Shown piece by piece: positions 36,425 to 46,310 of a stretch of 64,000 bases of DNA (positions are counted from its first letter, which is position 1; the number at the start of each line of letters is the position of its first letter). The notes beneath the pieces were generated by a model. It did no database searches and was not told where the DNA came from. It saw only the letters and a list, made by a program, of their open reading frames with translations. The position numbers and the translations under genes were made by a program. The DNA comes from an uncultured Helicobacteraceae bacterium (GTDB taxonomy: Bacteria; Campylobacterota; Campylobacteria; Campylobacterales; Helicobacteraceae). Location: contig CAJTQL010000002.1 in the NCBI GenBank assembly GCA_910578285.1, positions 30,951 through 94,950 of the forward strand, given 5' to 3'.

Positions 36425-36955
36425 TTATTTGGGCGCGCCCGTGTATTTGAAGTTGTATTTCACCGTGAAGGGTTCAAACCACTTGCCCACGCCCGTTTCT
36501 GCATCGACATGACGACCAAAGCCTTGTCGTTCGGGGTTTTCAATCGCAAAAATCAGCTCATAGTTTCCAGGACCAAAGCCGTCTTTTTCCATTGCGATAT
36601 TCGCGCCATAGTGCGCACCATCATCGGCGACCATCGGCATGAATTTGCCACTTTTTGTTTTTTTGGTGTCGAGATTCGTAATCTTATATCCCACCGTGAG
36701 ATAGGGAATCCACGCACCTTCGGCAAAACCATTCTTATTGCCTTTTGTGGCTGAAATGTCTGCCTCGAGATGAATGTCTGCCAAAGACGCTGCCAAATCG
36801 ACACCACGTGGCTCCATTTCAATGGGTTGCAAATACACAGCCGCAATCTCCATACCGTTGCGCTCAACACTATCGCCAATAGGCACTTCTGCTGCAAATG
36901 CAGCGCCGCCAAGGATTGCGCCCGCCAAAAGCGGAGAAACCAAAACTTTTTTCAT
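36425..36955 (-). CDS. p19: Periplasmic iron/copper-binding protein P19
   Basis: 176 aa. EVPIGD...NGMEIAAVYLQPIEMEPRG.DLAASLADIHLEADI...PMVADDGAHYGANIAMEK...GFGRHVDAETGVGKWFEPF.VKYNFKYTG is nearly colinear with C. jejuni P19 as I recall it. Confidence 0.92.
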   Translation of the reverse strand: MKKVLVSPLLAGAILGGAAFAAEVPIGDSVERNGMEIAAVYLQPIEMEPRGVDLAASLADIHLEADISATKGNKNGFAEGAWIPYLTVGYKITNLDTKKTKSGKFMPMVADDGAHYGANIAMEKDGFGPGNYELIFAIENPERQGFGRHVDAETGVGKWFEPFTVKYNFKYTGAPK

Positions 36956-36991
36956 AAGAAACTCCTAAAATAAAATTTCATTCACAACAAA

Positions 36992-39079
36992 TTATGCGTG
37001 TTGCCTCCTTTGTCGTGAGATGAGGCGATGTGTGAGCAATAAGCCCACAACAATCACGCATAAAACGGCGATTTGTGGAATCAACGTTTCATAATAGGGA
37101 TAGATTCCAAGCCAAGTAATGGGCTCAAAGCTAAAAGGCACAAATGTTGGCAAAATGAGCTTGCCCTCGATGAGCTCCGCAACGGCTTTGCCCGCAAAGA
37201 TGAAGCAAAGAACAAAGATGAGGTAGGAGGTGAGGGAGAAAAAGAGCCGCACAGGAAAGCGGACAGCGCCAGCTTTGAGCACAAAATAGAGCACAAGTAG
37301 AATCGCACAACCCATACAAAGCCCGCCAATGACAGCCCAAAAGCCGGTAGAATCGTTAGCGCTAAAGAATAGGGATTGATAGAAAAGCACCGTTTCTGCA
37401 CCCTCGCGATAGACGGCAAGAAATACCGTCCACCATAGCACGCGCGCACTACCTTTGTTAATTGCTTCTTGCGCTTGGGATTGGATATAGCTTGTCCATT
37501 TATACGACTTGGAAAGAAGCCAAAATCCGACATAGAGCAGCAAAAATAGTGCGATAATCATCGTGATGCCCTCGAGCAGCTCGCGGAATTGCCCCGCGAA
37601 TGATGCAAAGAGATAATAGACGGCAAATGCCGTTACAAAGCTTAGGAAAATGCCCACACCAAGCGCGGAATAGACAATTCCCGTTTGTTTTGCATTGCCT
37701 GATTGAACGAGATAAGCTGTGATGGCAAGCACAATGAGCATGGCTTCTAAGCCTTCACGCAAGATGATAACGAGTGCAGCAATCCATAAAGCGGTGGGCG
37801 AGAGATCTTGGATTTTCTCAACCGAGCTCGCAATCAATGTATAGAGCGCATCGAAATGATTGCGCAGCTCATCTTTTGGTGCATTTGCCTTCATCAGCGC
37901 CACGCCTTGTGTGAAATGGGATTCGATAGAAAGCTTCAGATTGCTATCGATTGCACCAATTTTATTTTCCATTTGGCTCGCCTCAAAAAGGTCTAAATAG
38001 ACGCTTTGCAAAACTTCAATCGATGATTGCATGGGGATTTGTTGGTATTTATCCAAAATCGCATCGAGTGCTAGATGAATCTCGTTTGCCACATTTGTAT
38101 AGTCTGTGCTTGCGACTTCTTGCACAAAACCCTCGACAGAGACAATCTCGATTGCCTCGCTTGGAACGAGCAACAAAAGTTCAAAGAGCTTGTCTGAAAG
38201 TGCGGCGAGCTCGGTGCGCAATTCTTTTTCGTCAATGGCGCTATCCTTGAGCTTGCGCACAATTTCTCGAATCTTTGCCTGCCATTTTTGCCCTTCGTTT
38301 GCCGCAGTGTGTTGGTTGATTGCAATCTCAAGCTTGGTGTTGCGATAATCATCGAATAGCACACCTTTTTCGAGCAGATTTGCCGCCTCAAATGGCTGAT
38401 TTTTTTGTAGGCGCAATGCAACAATGTCGAATTTTCCATTGATTTGCTCATAGAGAAAATACAGCTTTGGATTGAGCCTTGTTGCTGTCTCAAATTGCCG
38501 CATTGCCTTGCTATCGCGGCTGTTGCCTTGTGTGGCGCTCATTGTTGTTATAGTTGTTGATTCTGTCTCTGCGTCATTGTCGCTCGTTTCGCCCAAAAGA
38601 CGCGCGAACATCTCTTCTGCCTCTTGGGCACGTTGTTGTTCTGCTGCAATCGATGCTGCCTCTGCCGCTGCTTTGTCATAGTTCTCATCACTAGCTTCAG
38701 CAACAAGCTTCATCGAAGGGTCGAGCAGCGGCAAAACAAGGTCGAGCTCGAAGATAAGCCCCCCAATCAGAGCTTCGATTCGCTCCATATCCGCACCATT
38801 TTTATAGAGATTGCGCAACAAATTGAATTTTTTTTCAATGAGATAGGCTTGCGCGCCAATATTGCGCGCAATCGTGCCTTCGATATTCTCAAAATGTTGA
38901 AAATAGGCTGTCTCGGCGAGTTTTTTTGCCAAAGCAGCATCACCATTTTGATAGCTCTCAAAGCTTTGGGTAAGCACACGTTTGATTTGTTCGCCTTCGA
39001 GCTGGTAATCATCAGTTTTTGCAAACAGCAACGTATGGCAGAGAGCAATGACAAAAAAGAGCAAACAAAACTTTTGCAC
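36992..39079 (-). CDS. ftr1: FTR1-family iron permease with a large N-terminal periplasmic domain (cFtr1-like)
   Basis: 695 aa with two REXXE motifs (ILREGLEAML, VYREGAETVL) in the C-terminal 7-TM half. GTG start after AAGGAG. Confidence 0.88.
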   Translation of the reverse strand: MQKFCLLFFVIALCHTLLFAKTDDYQLEGEQIKRVLTQSFESYQNGDAALAKKLAETAYFQHFENIEGTIARNIGAQAYLIEKKFNLLRNLYKNGADMERIEALIGGLIFELDLVLPLLDPSMKLVAEASDENYDKAAAEAASIAAEQQRAQEAEEMFARLLGETSDNDAETESTTITTMSATQGNSRDSKAMRQFETATRLNPKLYFLYEQINGKFDIVALRLQKNQPFEAANLLEKGVLFDDYRNTKLEIAINQHTAANEGQKWQAKIREIVRKLKDSAIDEKELRTELAALSDKLFELLLLVPSEAIEIVSVEGFVQEVASTDYTNVANEIHLALDAILDKYQQIPMQSSIEVLQSVYLDLFEASQMENKIGAIDSNLKLSIESHFTQGVALMKANAPKDELRNHFDALYTLIASSVEKIQDLSPTALWIAALVIILREGLEAMLIVLAITAYLVQSGNAKQTGIVYSALGVGIFLSFVTAFAVYYLFASFAGQFRELLEGITMIIALFLLLYVGFWLLSKSYKWTSYIQSQAQEAINKGSARVLWWTVFLAVYREGAETVLFYQSLFFSANDSTGFWAVIGGLCMGCAILLVLYFVLKAGAVRFPVRLFFSLTSYLIFVLCFIFAGKAVAELIEGKLILPTFVPFSFEPITWLGIYPYYETLIPQIAVLCVIVVGLLLTHRLISRQRRQHA

Positions 39080-39102
39080 TTGTTCTCCTTGTATTTTATT
39101 AG

Positions 39103-39123
39103 AAATAGAAATTGTTTCTATTT
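39103..39123. promoter_or_regulatory. Perfect 9-3-9 palindrome overlapping the ftr1 promoter (candidate Fur or other metalloregulator operator)
   Basis: AAATAGAAA-TTG-TTTCTATTT, 24-44 nt upstream of the ftr1 GTG. A TAAAAT -10-like hexamer lies between it and the RBS. An additional Fur-box-like TTATGATTATCTTAAT sits near 39146-39162. Confidence 0.4.
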
Positions 39124-39400
39124 TTGAGAATATAAAATAGTTTTGCTTATGATTATCTTAATATTTTTAAGAATCGGAGAATCTGCCTCACAAGTGCGAG
39201 TGGAATCCCGCGAGAGATTTTTATCTGTTGCGGGCTGAAGCGAAATTCTAGCCCCTAGTTAGATACAACCCAATATCCAAAAGATATATTTAGCTGCTCC
39301 TTGTCTCAAAAATATTTCACGATTTTAATAAAAAATTTTAGAACCCACGATTCCAAATTGTTTGCCAAACATTGCGTATAATCCCGAGCAAAGGAGTCGC

Positions 39401-39904
39401 ATGCAGAACAACACAGCACAACAGCTCGAGGCGGAGATGCTCGCGCATATCGGCGCATGCTGTCTCGAATCGCCGCAGAGTGCGTTTGTGGATTATCCCA
39501 ATGCGCGGATTCCACACGAACTCGCCAAACATGGAATCGCCCTCGCAGAAGCGCAGGATTCTACATGGCTCCTCACCACAACCACGCCGAGCGTGCAGCT
39601 GCGCGAGGATTCCGTGCTGCTCCTGCCGCTTGTAGACCCTTTTGTTGCGCTCGATTCCGTCAGGAGCGCGCTCCAAGGGCTTGGTGAACGTTTCAGTATC
39701 CTCATGCCCTTCGCGCTTTGGAATCTCCCACAGCCGCGCTGGTTCGTCTTCGCTTCATGCTCTGTGCATCCGCTTGCGAGCCTCCGCTTGCAATGCGCCG
39801 AATTGCTCGATGGGCTTGATTGGTACTCGGCTTCCATGCACCAAGCCGCGTTTGTGTTGCCACCCAAGCTTGCTCGCGAGCTGCACGGCTTTGCAAGGAA
39901 TTGA
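39401..39904 (+). CDS. Hypothetical protein (GC-richer than its surroundings)
   Basis: AAGGAG RBS 4 nt before the ATG at 39401. The stop is 1 nt before coaE. No recognised domain. Confidence 0.45.
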   Translation: MQNNTAQQLEAEMLAHIGACCLESPQSAFVDYPNARIPHELAKHGIALAEAQDSTWLLTTTTPSVQLREDSVLLLPLVDPFVALDSVRSALQGLGERFSILMPFALWNLPQPRWFVFASCSVHPLASLRLQCAELLDGLDWYSASMHQAAFVLPPKLARELHGFARN

Positions 39905-39905
39905 G

Positions 39906-40523
39906 ATGTTTTGTGCTGGCGATGTGAAATTCTCCATCGCTCTCACAGGTGGAATCGCCACAGGCAAGAGCACTGTTGCCTCAATGTTGAAGCTTTTGGG
40001 TTATGCAATCATCGATGCCGACACAATTGCACATGATGTATTGACGCAGCATTCTGCACGCGTCATCGAGGCGTTTGGGCGCGAGATTTGCAATGCGGAT
40101 TCCAATATCGACCGCAAAAAACTCGGCGCAATCGTCTTTGCAGACCCCGAAAAATTGCGCATTCTCGAATCGATTGTGCACCCCATTATCGCGCAGACAA
40201 TCTATGAGAAAGCCGTTGTATTGGAGCAGCGCAAATTGCCTTTCTTTATTGATATTCCCATTTTTTTTGAAAAGCGTGAGCTTTTCGCGTTTATCTCAAA
40301 ATCTGTGCTTGTGTATGCGCCGCCAGATGTGCAATTGGCGCGTTTGCAAGCGCGCAACAATCTCTCGCTAGAGGAGGCAAAACAGCGTATTGCCGCGCAG
40401 ATTCCAATTGATGTCAAAAAACAGCAAGCAGACGACATCATTGACAACAGCGGCGATGTGCAGGTATTGCAGATTCATGTTGAACGCTATTTGGAGCGCC
40501 TAAGGAGCGAATATGGTCTGTGA
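39906..40523 (+). CDS. coaE: Dephospho-CoA kinase
   Basis: P-loop LTGGIATGKST, about 205 aa. The longer ORF from 39642 is an upstream extension. Confidence 0.88.
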   Translation: MFCAGDVKFSIALTGGIATGKSTVASMLKLLGYAIIDADTIAHDVLTQHSARVIEAFGREICNADSNIDRKKLGAIVFADPEKLRILESIVHPIIAQTIYEKAVVLEQRKLPFFIDIPIFFEKRELFAFISKSVLVYAPPDVQLARLQARNNLSLEEAKQRIAAQIPIDVKKQQADDIIDNSGDVQVLQIHVERYLERLRSEYGL

Positions 40524-41286
40524 AAAATATGTTGCAAGTGGCAATGATTTCTTGATTTTCCATACCTTTTGTGCGCACAACCGCAGCGCTCTTGCGCAAA
40601 AGCTTTGCGACAGGCACAATGGAATCGGTGCTGATGGTTTGATTGCATTGTTGCCCAAAGGCAAATATGGCGATTGCGATTTTGTTTGGGAGTTTTACAA
40701 CAGCGATGGCAGCGTTGCGACAATGTGCGGCAACGGCAGCCGCGCAGCCGCGCTCTATGCGTTCAAACATGGCTTGTGTGGGCGCGAGCTCGCGTTCCAA
40801 ACGGGCGCGGGGAGAATCTGTGCGCAGGTGCTTGAGAATGAGCATATCGCCGTGCAATTTCCGTTTGTGCGGATTTTGCAAGACAATCTCCAAGAATGCG
40901 CCATGCCCGCATTTTTGCTCGATACGGGTGTGCCACATCTCGTGCTATGTGCGCATGATGATGTGGAATTGGTGCGTCCAACAAGTGAAGAATTGCGTGC
41001 ATTGCGTGTGCGTTATGATGCAAATGTTGATGTCATGTGTGTCGCACAAAACACCGTGCATGTGCGCACATTCGAGCGCGGGGTCGAAGCCGAGACGCTC
41101 GCATGCGGCACGGGAATGGCGGCTTGCTTTGTTGTCGCGCATCATAATGGACAACTTGGCGATGAAGGAATCGTGATTCCCGCAAGCGATGAGAAATTGC
41201 ATTTTTATTTTGCACATGATTTTTTGTGGTTTTCAGGCAAAGTGCAACATGTTGCGACATGCAAGACTGATATGCTTTCTTTCTAG
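40513..41286 (+). CDS. dapF: Diaminopimelate epimerase
   Basis: SGNDFLIF plus catalytic Cys motifs MCGNGSR and LACGTG. Confidence 0.9.
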   Translation: MVCEKYVASGNDFLIFHTFCAHNRSALAQKLCDRHNGIGADGLIALLPKGKYGDCDFVWEFYNSDGSVATMCGNGSRAAALYAFKHGLCGRELAFQTGAGRICAQVLENEHIAVQFPFVRILQDNLQECAMPAFLLDTGVPHLVLCAHDDVELVRPTSEELRALRVRYDANVDVMCVAQNTVHVRTFERGVEAETLACGTGMAACFVVAHHNGQLGDEGIVIPASDEKLHFYFAHDFLWFSGKVQHVATCKTDMLSF

Positions 41287-42058
41287 CGCAGCTCTTTTGA
41301 GCTGCTTGCTCGCAAGCGAGGTCGAGTTCTCGGACGATTTCCATACCCTGCCGCTTGGAGAAGCGCGCAAAGCCGAGTTTATTGCATTGCTGCTTCCTTT
41401 GCTCGAAAAGGAGAATCGCACCATTCTTCGCGATAGGCAGATTGTGCTTGATTTTTTTGATAATTTTTTATGGAATCTACATGACAAATTGCAGAGCGAG
41501 GATTTTCAAAAAATTGTCGCGTTTGCACGTGCCTATAAGATTGGTCAGCTCTTTTGCCGTGACGCATATCTGCTGCGAATCGACATTGTCCCCATCTCGC
41601 TCGCACTCGCCCAAGCCGCGCTTGAGAGTGGCTGGGGGAGCAGCTCATATAGCCGCAAATACAACAATTTCTTTGGTGAATATACAACACTTTCGTCTGT
41701 TCCAAGCCATAGGATTGCGGGTAGTCGCAAACGGATTCGCGTTTTTGAGAGTATCGAAGATGCTGTGCGCGCATATATGTGGAATCTGAACACACATTAT
41801 GCTTATGCCGAGTTTCGTAAGGAGCGGCTGCTGGCGCATAGTAAAGGTGAAGGCTATACGGGCACAGAGGCGATTGAATTCTTGCTCGCTTATTCTGAAG
41901 TGCGCGAGCAATATGCACATCGTGTGGCGACTCTGATGGCGCGCAATCTTTTCGAGCGGCTCGATTGGGAATTTTATCGCAAGAATCAGCGCCCAATGAG
42001 CAAACAGCAGAGACTTTTGCAGATTCTTCCTGTTTCGTTTCGTGCCTTTGCAGAGTGA
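41249..42058 (+). CDS. Glucosaminidase-domain (Bax/FlgJ-like) peptidoglycan hydrolase
   Basis: LAQAALESGWGSSSYSRKYNNFFG motif and an N-terminal signal-like segment. The start is uncertain (41189 or 41249). Confidence 0.75.
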   Translation: MLRHARLICFLSSAALLSCLLASEVEFSDDFHTLPLGEARKAEFIALLLPLLEKENRTILRDRQIVLDFFDNFLWNLHDKLQSEDFQKIVAFARAYKIGQLFCRDAYLLRIDIVPISLALAQAALESGWGSSSYSRKYNNFFGEYTTLSSVPSHRIAGSRKRIRVFESIEDAVRAYMWNLNTHYAYAEFRKERLLAHSKGEGYTGTEAIEFLLAYSEVREQYAHRVATLMARNLFERLDWEFYRKNQRPMSKQQRLLQILPVSFRAFAE

Positions 42059-42145
42059 ATGCGCAATTTTTTGTGTCGGTTGTGCTAGTTTTAAGGTGAA
42101 ACGGAATAAAATCAAAGTATTCATGAAAGACTAACTTGGAAAGGG

Positions 42146-42658
42146 GTGCTAATGTCAGAAAATGTGAATAGGCGGGATTTCCTTGGAATGGCGCTTGGTG
42201 GTGTGGCTCTTGTTGGAGCTGGCGCAACACTTGCTGCTGTGAAAAGGACTTGGGATCCGCTACCTAGCGTCATTGCGGCAGGGTTTACGACGGTTGACCT
42301 AAGCCCAATGGTAGAGGGAGAATTGCGAGTTGTAGAATGGCGCGGAAAACCTGTGTATATTCTCAAGAAAACTGCAGCGATGAGCGCATGCGATACACGC
42401 GATGTGAATATCGGAGGTGCAGCATATTCTGTTGGAATCCAAATCTGTACGCATTTGGGTTGTATTCCTGCTTATGATTCGGGCAAAGCGATGTTCAAAT
42501 GCGCATGCCATGGTGGCGAGTTTGATGCTTGCGGACGTAATACTTTTGGACCTCCGCCTACACCTATGGAGATTCCGCCTTTTAAGATTGACGGCAATAC
42601 TTTGGTGCTTGGCGAAGAGGGACCAGAGTTCTTGAAGCTCAAAGAAGCGAACGCATAA
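42146..42658 (+). CDS. petA: Ubiquinol-cytochrome c reductase Rieske Fe-S subunit
   Basis: Tat-like RRDFLGMA and Rieske boxes CTHLGC and CACHGG. Confidence 0.93.
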   Translation: MLMSENVNRRDFLGMALGGVALVGAGATLAAVKRTWDPLPSVIAAGFTTVDLSPMVEGELRVVEWRGKPVYILKKTAAMSACDTRDVNIGGAAYSVGIQICTHLGCIPAYDSGKAMFKCACHGGEFDACGRNTFGPPPTPMEIPPFKIDGNTLVLGEEGPEFLKLKEANA

Positions 42659-42669
42659 GGAGGAACTAG

Positions 42670-43905
42670 ATGGCAGAATTTAAAGAAGCAACGGGCGTTG
42701 TTGATTGGCTCGACCAACGTTTGGCAGTCAAAAAATTTATCAAGGTCATGATGACGGAATATTGGATTCCTAAAAACATCAATTTCTTGTGGGCAATGGG
42801 GGTTACACTCCTCATTTTATTCCTTGTTCTTTTCTTTTCGGGGCTCATGCTGCTTATGTACTACAAACCTGATACGCAGCTTGCATTTGATAGCGTGAAT
42901 CAGACGATTATGCAAGAAGTCGCCTATGGTTGGCTATGGCGGCATGTCCATGCTGTGGCGGCGTCTGTGATTTTCTTGGTGATTTATATTCACATGTTTG
43001 TTGGAATTTATTATGGTTCGTTCAAACGTGGTCGTGAGATGATTTGGGTAAGCGGAATGCTGCTGTTTATGATTTTTTCAGCTGAAGCATTTAGTGGCTA
43101 TATGCTTCCTTGGGGGCAGATGAGCTTTTGGGCTGCTGCGGTGATTACGAATCTCTTTGGCGGAATCCCTTTGATTGGACCTGATTTGGTGATTTGGATT
43201 CGTGGGAATTTTATCCCGGCTGATGCGACTTTGACGCGGTTTTTTATGCTCCATGTTGTGTTGCTGCCTGTGGTGATTCTCTCGCTCATTGCGCTGCATT
43301 TCTATACCTTACGTTTTCCACATGTCAATAACGAAACAGGTGAGGTGATTGATTTTGATAAAGAAGCCGAGAAATACAAAGCAGGCAACCGCAAAGAAGC
43401 AAAAGTCGTTGCGTTTTGGCCAGATTTCCTTTCTAAAGATATTTTTGTAGTCTGTGTCTTTATGATTGGATTTTTCTATTTGGTATGTTTCCATTACAAT
43501 TTCGCGATGGACCCCATCAATTTCGACCCTGCCGATTCGCTCAAAACGCCGCCACACATCTACCCTGAATGGTATTTCTTGTGGAGTTATGAAGTATTGC
43601 GCGGCTTCTTCTTTAGCTCGGATTTGGGGCTTGTAGCATTCGGCATTGCAAACGTGATTTTCTTGCTCATGCCATTGCTTGACAGAAGCAAGGTTGTTGC
43701 GCCTGCGCACAAACGCCCAGCCTTTTTTGTGTGGTTTTGGTTGCTCGTTGCTGATTTGATTGTGCTCACGATTTATGGCAAGCTTCCTCCAACGGGTGTC
43801 AATGCTTATATTGGCTTTGTTGCGTCCATCACATTCCTTGGCTTGTTTGTGCTGTTGCCTATTATCACAGCATTTGAAAACAAAAAGGCAGGAGGTCATT
43901 CATGA
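42670..43905 (+). CDS. petB: Cytochrome b
   Basis: 411-aa polytopic protein with conserved His-containing helices. Lies between petA and petC. Confidence 0.93.
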   Translation: MAEFKEATGVVDWLDQRLAVKKFIKVMMTEYWIPKNINFLWAMGVTLLILFLVLFFSGLMLLMYYKPDTQLAFDSVNQTIMQEVAYGWLWRHVHAVAASVIFLVIYIHMFVGIYYGSFKRGREMIWVSGMLLFMIFSAEAFSGYMLPWGQMSFWAAAVITNLFGGIPLIGPDLVIWIRGNFIPADATLTRFFMLHVVLLPVVILSLIALHFYTLRFPHVNNETGEVIDFDKEAEKYKAGNRKEAKVVAFWPDFLSKDIFVVCVFMIGFFYLVCFHYNFAMDPINFDPADSLKTPPHIYPEWYFLWSYEVLRGFFFSSDLGLVAFGIANVIFLLMPLLDRSKVVAPAHKRPAFFVWFWLLVADLIVLTIYGKLPPTGVNAYIGFVASITFLGLFVLLPIITAFENKKAGGHS

Positions 43906-44864
43906 AAGAGCTCAAAATTCTTGGTTTGCTTGTCATTATTACAGGTGTGATTTATTGGGGTGTCGAGCCGCTTGCACATAGCGTCATGAATCCCCATGTT
44001 GCACCTGCAGATTATACATTCAAAGACTCTGTGAAACCCGCGCCCATTCTTGGCGATAACGAAGCAGAATATCAGCAACAGCTTGCCGCTTGGCAGAAAG
44101 AAATCGATGAGATTTTTCCTGTTTTGAGCCAGCGCATTGCAAATGGCAACGCTGCTAAAGGGCAAGAGATTGTAACAAGCAATTGTGTTGCTTGCCACAG
44201 CATGGAATCACAGGGCTTCCCAGCGGTTATGGATAATGCAACTTTATCGAGCAGCTATGGTGTTGTGCCTCCAGATATTTCAAACATCGGGTATTTGTAT
44301 GATTCGTATTATCTCTTCAATTTCATCAAAGATCCTGCTGTTGCTGCAAAAGTCAGCCACAAATTCCCACCTGATGGGAACAAGGTGCATCCAATGATTG
44401 CCTATAAAGACATCAGCAGCGATGATGAAATCGCTGATATGGTTGCCTATTTCAACAGCATTGCTCCTAGTAGCATGGATGATAAAGCTGTGTTTATCGA
44501 GGCTTGTTCGCGTTGCCATTCTGTGAAATATGACCATCTTGCCGCTCAAAGCACCACTGATGACGTGAATACTTATATGGGCGTGCGTGCGATTCCGGAT
44601 TTGTCGATGATTATCCGTGCGCGCAGTTTGGAGTATCTCCATACATTTATCAATGACCCACAAAAGCAACTACCCGGGACATCGATGCCACGTGTGGGCT
44701 TGAAAGAAAATACCGAAAAGCAAGTGATTGCCTATCTTGAAAGCGTGGGCGATAGCAAAAAAGATGAGCGCCAATCTCTTGGTGTTGGACTTATGATTTT
44801 CTTTGCAATCATGGCTGTTCTTGCTTATCTATGGAAATGCAATGTTTGGAGTCGGTTGCACTGA
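43902..44864 (+). CDS. petC: Dihaem cytochrome c1 subunit
   Basis: Two CxxCH motifs (CVACH, CSRCH) and a C-terminal TM anchor. Confidence 0.9.
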   Translation: MKELKILGLLVIITGVIYWGVEPLAHSVMNPHVAPADYTFKDSVKPAPILGDNEAEYQQQLAAWQKEIDEIFPVLSQRIANGNAAKGQEIVTSNCVACHSMESQGFPAVMDNATLSSSYGVVPPDISNIGYLYDSYYLFNFIKDPAVAAKVSHKFPPDGNKVHPMIAYKDISSDDEIADMVAYFNSIAPSSMDDKAVFIEACSRCHSVKYDHLAAQSTTDDVNTYMGVRAIPDLSMIIRARSLEYLHTFINDPQKQLPGTSMPRVGLKENTEKQVIAYLESVGDSKKDERQSLGVGLMIFFAIMAVLAYLWKCNVWSRLH

Positions 44865-44978
44865 TTCTTCTTTTGGCTTTCTCCACTTCTAGCGCCTTGC
44901 AGCTGCTCGAGTGTTCGGGCAGTTCGTTGGCGCTTTTGCGTTATAATCCTCGTTTTAATCATGCATTGAGGGGCTATT

Positions 44979-46265
44979 TTGAGAGTATGGGTTGTCTTAT
45001 TTCTTTGTGTGGGGGTTTTGCTAGCAGAGTTGCAAATTATCAAAAAAGAAGCCTCGCCTGAACAAAAAGTCTTTTTATTATTAAGTGGAATCCAAGGTGA
45101 TGAGCCGGGCGGATTCAATGCAGCAGCTCTGATAGCAAGTCGGCATTATACCATCACTAAAGGCAATGTGTGGGTTGTTGCCAACCTCAACCAACATAGC
45201 ATATTTGAAAATCATCGCGGAATCTATGGCGATATGAATCGCAAGTTTGCTACCCTGCGTGATAATGACCCTGAAAAAAAGATTGTCGAAGAGATTAAAG
45301 AGCTCATCAAAAATGACCGCGTAGAAATTGTGTTGCATCTACATGATGGCAGCGGATTCTACCATGATAGCTACATCAGTAGTTTGCGCAATCCTAAACG
45401 TTGGGGGCAGAGTTCGATTATCGACCAAGAACAGCTTGACAATGTCCCGCATGGCGATTTGAATGGCATTAGCCAGCGTATCATTACTGAAATCAATGAG
45501 AATCTCTTAAATGATTTGCATCGCTATCGCGTACGCAATACCAACACGGCTGTTCAAGACAAAGAGCAGCAACTCTCACTCACATTTTTTACAATCAATC
45601 AAGGCAAGGCTGCCTTTGCGAATGAAGCAAGCAAGAATCTGCCCTTGCGCGAACGTGTCTATTATCATCTGCTTGCGATTGAGGCGATGATGCACTATCT
45701 TGGGATTGAGTTTAACCGCAACTTCACGCTCGACCCGCAAACAGTGCAAGCAGCACTTGATGACCCGAGCATTACGATTGCATTTGCCAATAAAATCTCT
45801 TTGCCTATTAATCGAATCAAGAATCATATCACCTATTTCCCGATGCCAAAAAAATCGCTCGCATACCATTCAACCAATCCGCTTGTGCATCTATATCAAA
45901 AAAAGGGTACCTATTCTATTAAATATGGCAATAAAACAATGGCATGGCTCATTCCTGACTATTTTGAGACAGATGAAACACTCGAATCTGTGCAGATGAT
46001 TCTCGATAATTCCTCACAGCAGGTTGCGCTCGGTAGCATTGTGCGTGCACACCAGTCGTTTAGCGTCCCCAAAGTCGCTGATGATGTGCGCGTCAATATC
46101 ATCGGTTTCTCGCGCCGCAACCTCGTGAGCGAGCATGACATTACAATCCACAAAGACCAAATCGAATCAAAATTTACACTTGATAGAAACGGCACGCTCG
46201 TACGTGTTGAGTTTTATCGTGGGCAAAAATTTAGTGGCATGGTGATTGTTGATTTTGAGCAATGA
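44979..46265 (+). CDS. Csd4/Pgp1-type (M14/M99) peptidoglycan DL-carboxypeptidase
   Basis: Signal peptide, then LLSGIQGDEPGGFNAAALIA...VVANLN. 428 aa, similar in size to H. pylori Csd4. TTG start. Confidence 0.8.
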   Translation: MRVWVVLFLCVGVLLAELQIIKKEASPEQKVFLLLSGIQGDEPGGFNAAALIASRHYTITKGNVWVVANLNQHSIFENHRGIYGDMNRKFATLRDNDPEKKIVEEIKELIKNDRVEIVLHLHDGSGFYHDSYISSLRNPKRWGQSSIIDQEQLDNVPHGDLNGISQRIITEINENLLNDLHRYRVRNTNTAVQDKEQQLSLTFFTINQGKAAFANEASKNLPLRERVYYHLLAIEAMMHYLGIEFNRNFTLDPQTVQAALDDPSITIAFANKISLPINRIKNHITYFPMPKKSLAYHSTNPLVHLYQKKGTYSIKYGNKTMAWLIPDYFETDETLESVQMILDNSSQQVALGSIVRAHQSFSVPKVADDVRVNIIGFSRRNLVSEHDITIHKDQIESKFTLDRNGTLVRVEFYRGQKFSGMVIVDFEQ

Positions 46266-46310
46266 ATCAGCAAGATTATGGCAGAATCAGAGAAAGAAAA
46301 AAGGGGAATC

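Noticed and set aside
39400-39900. Apparent GC-rich patch with ORFs open in five of six frames, considered as a possible foreign insert or structured RNA.
   Set aside because: I cannot compute GC or covariation here. One frame has a good RBS and ends 1 nt before coaE, so the simplest reading is an ordinary (if unrecognised) protein gene.
39642-39905. N-terminal 88-aa extension of coaE suggested by ORF 39642..40523.
   Set aside because: The P-loop of CoaE normally lies within the first about 15 residues, and the ATG at 39906 gives exactly that. The extension overlaps the better-supported ORF 39401..39904, which has its own RBS.
41379-42230. 283-aa - strand ORF antisense to the glucosaminidase-domain gene, plus ORFs 40643..41176 and 40438..40938 over dapF.
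   Set aside because: These are nested in or antisense to genes with strong motifs (dapF GNDF/CGNG; glucosaminidase ESGWGSS), and their composition is typical of shadow ORFs.
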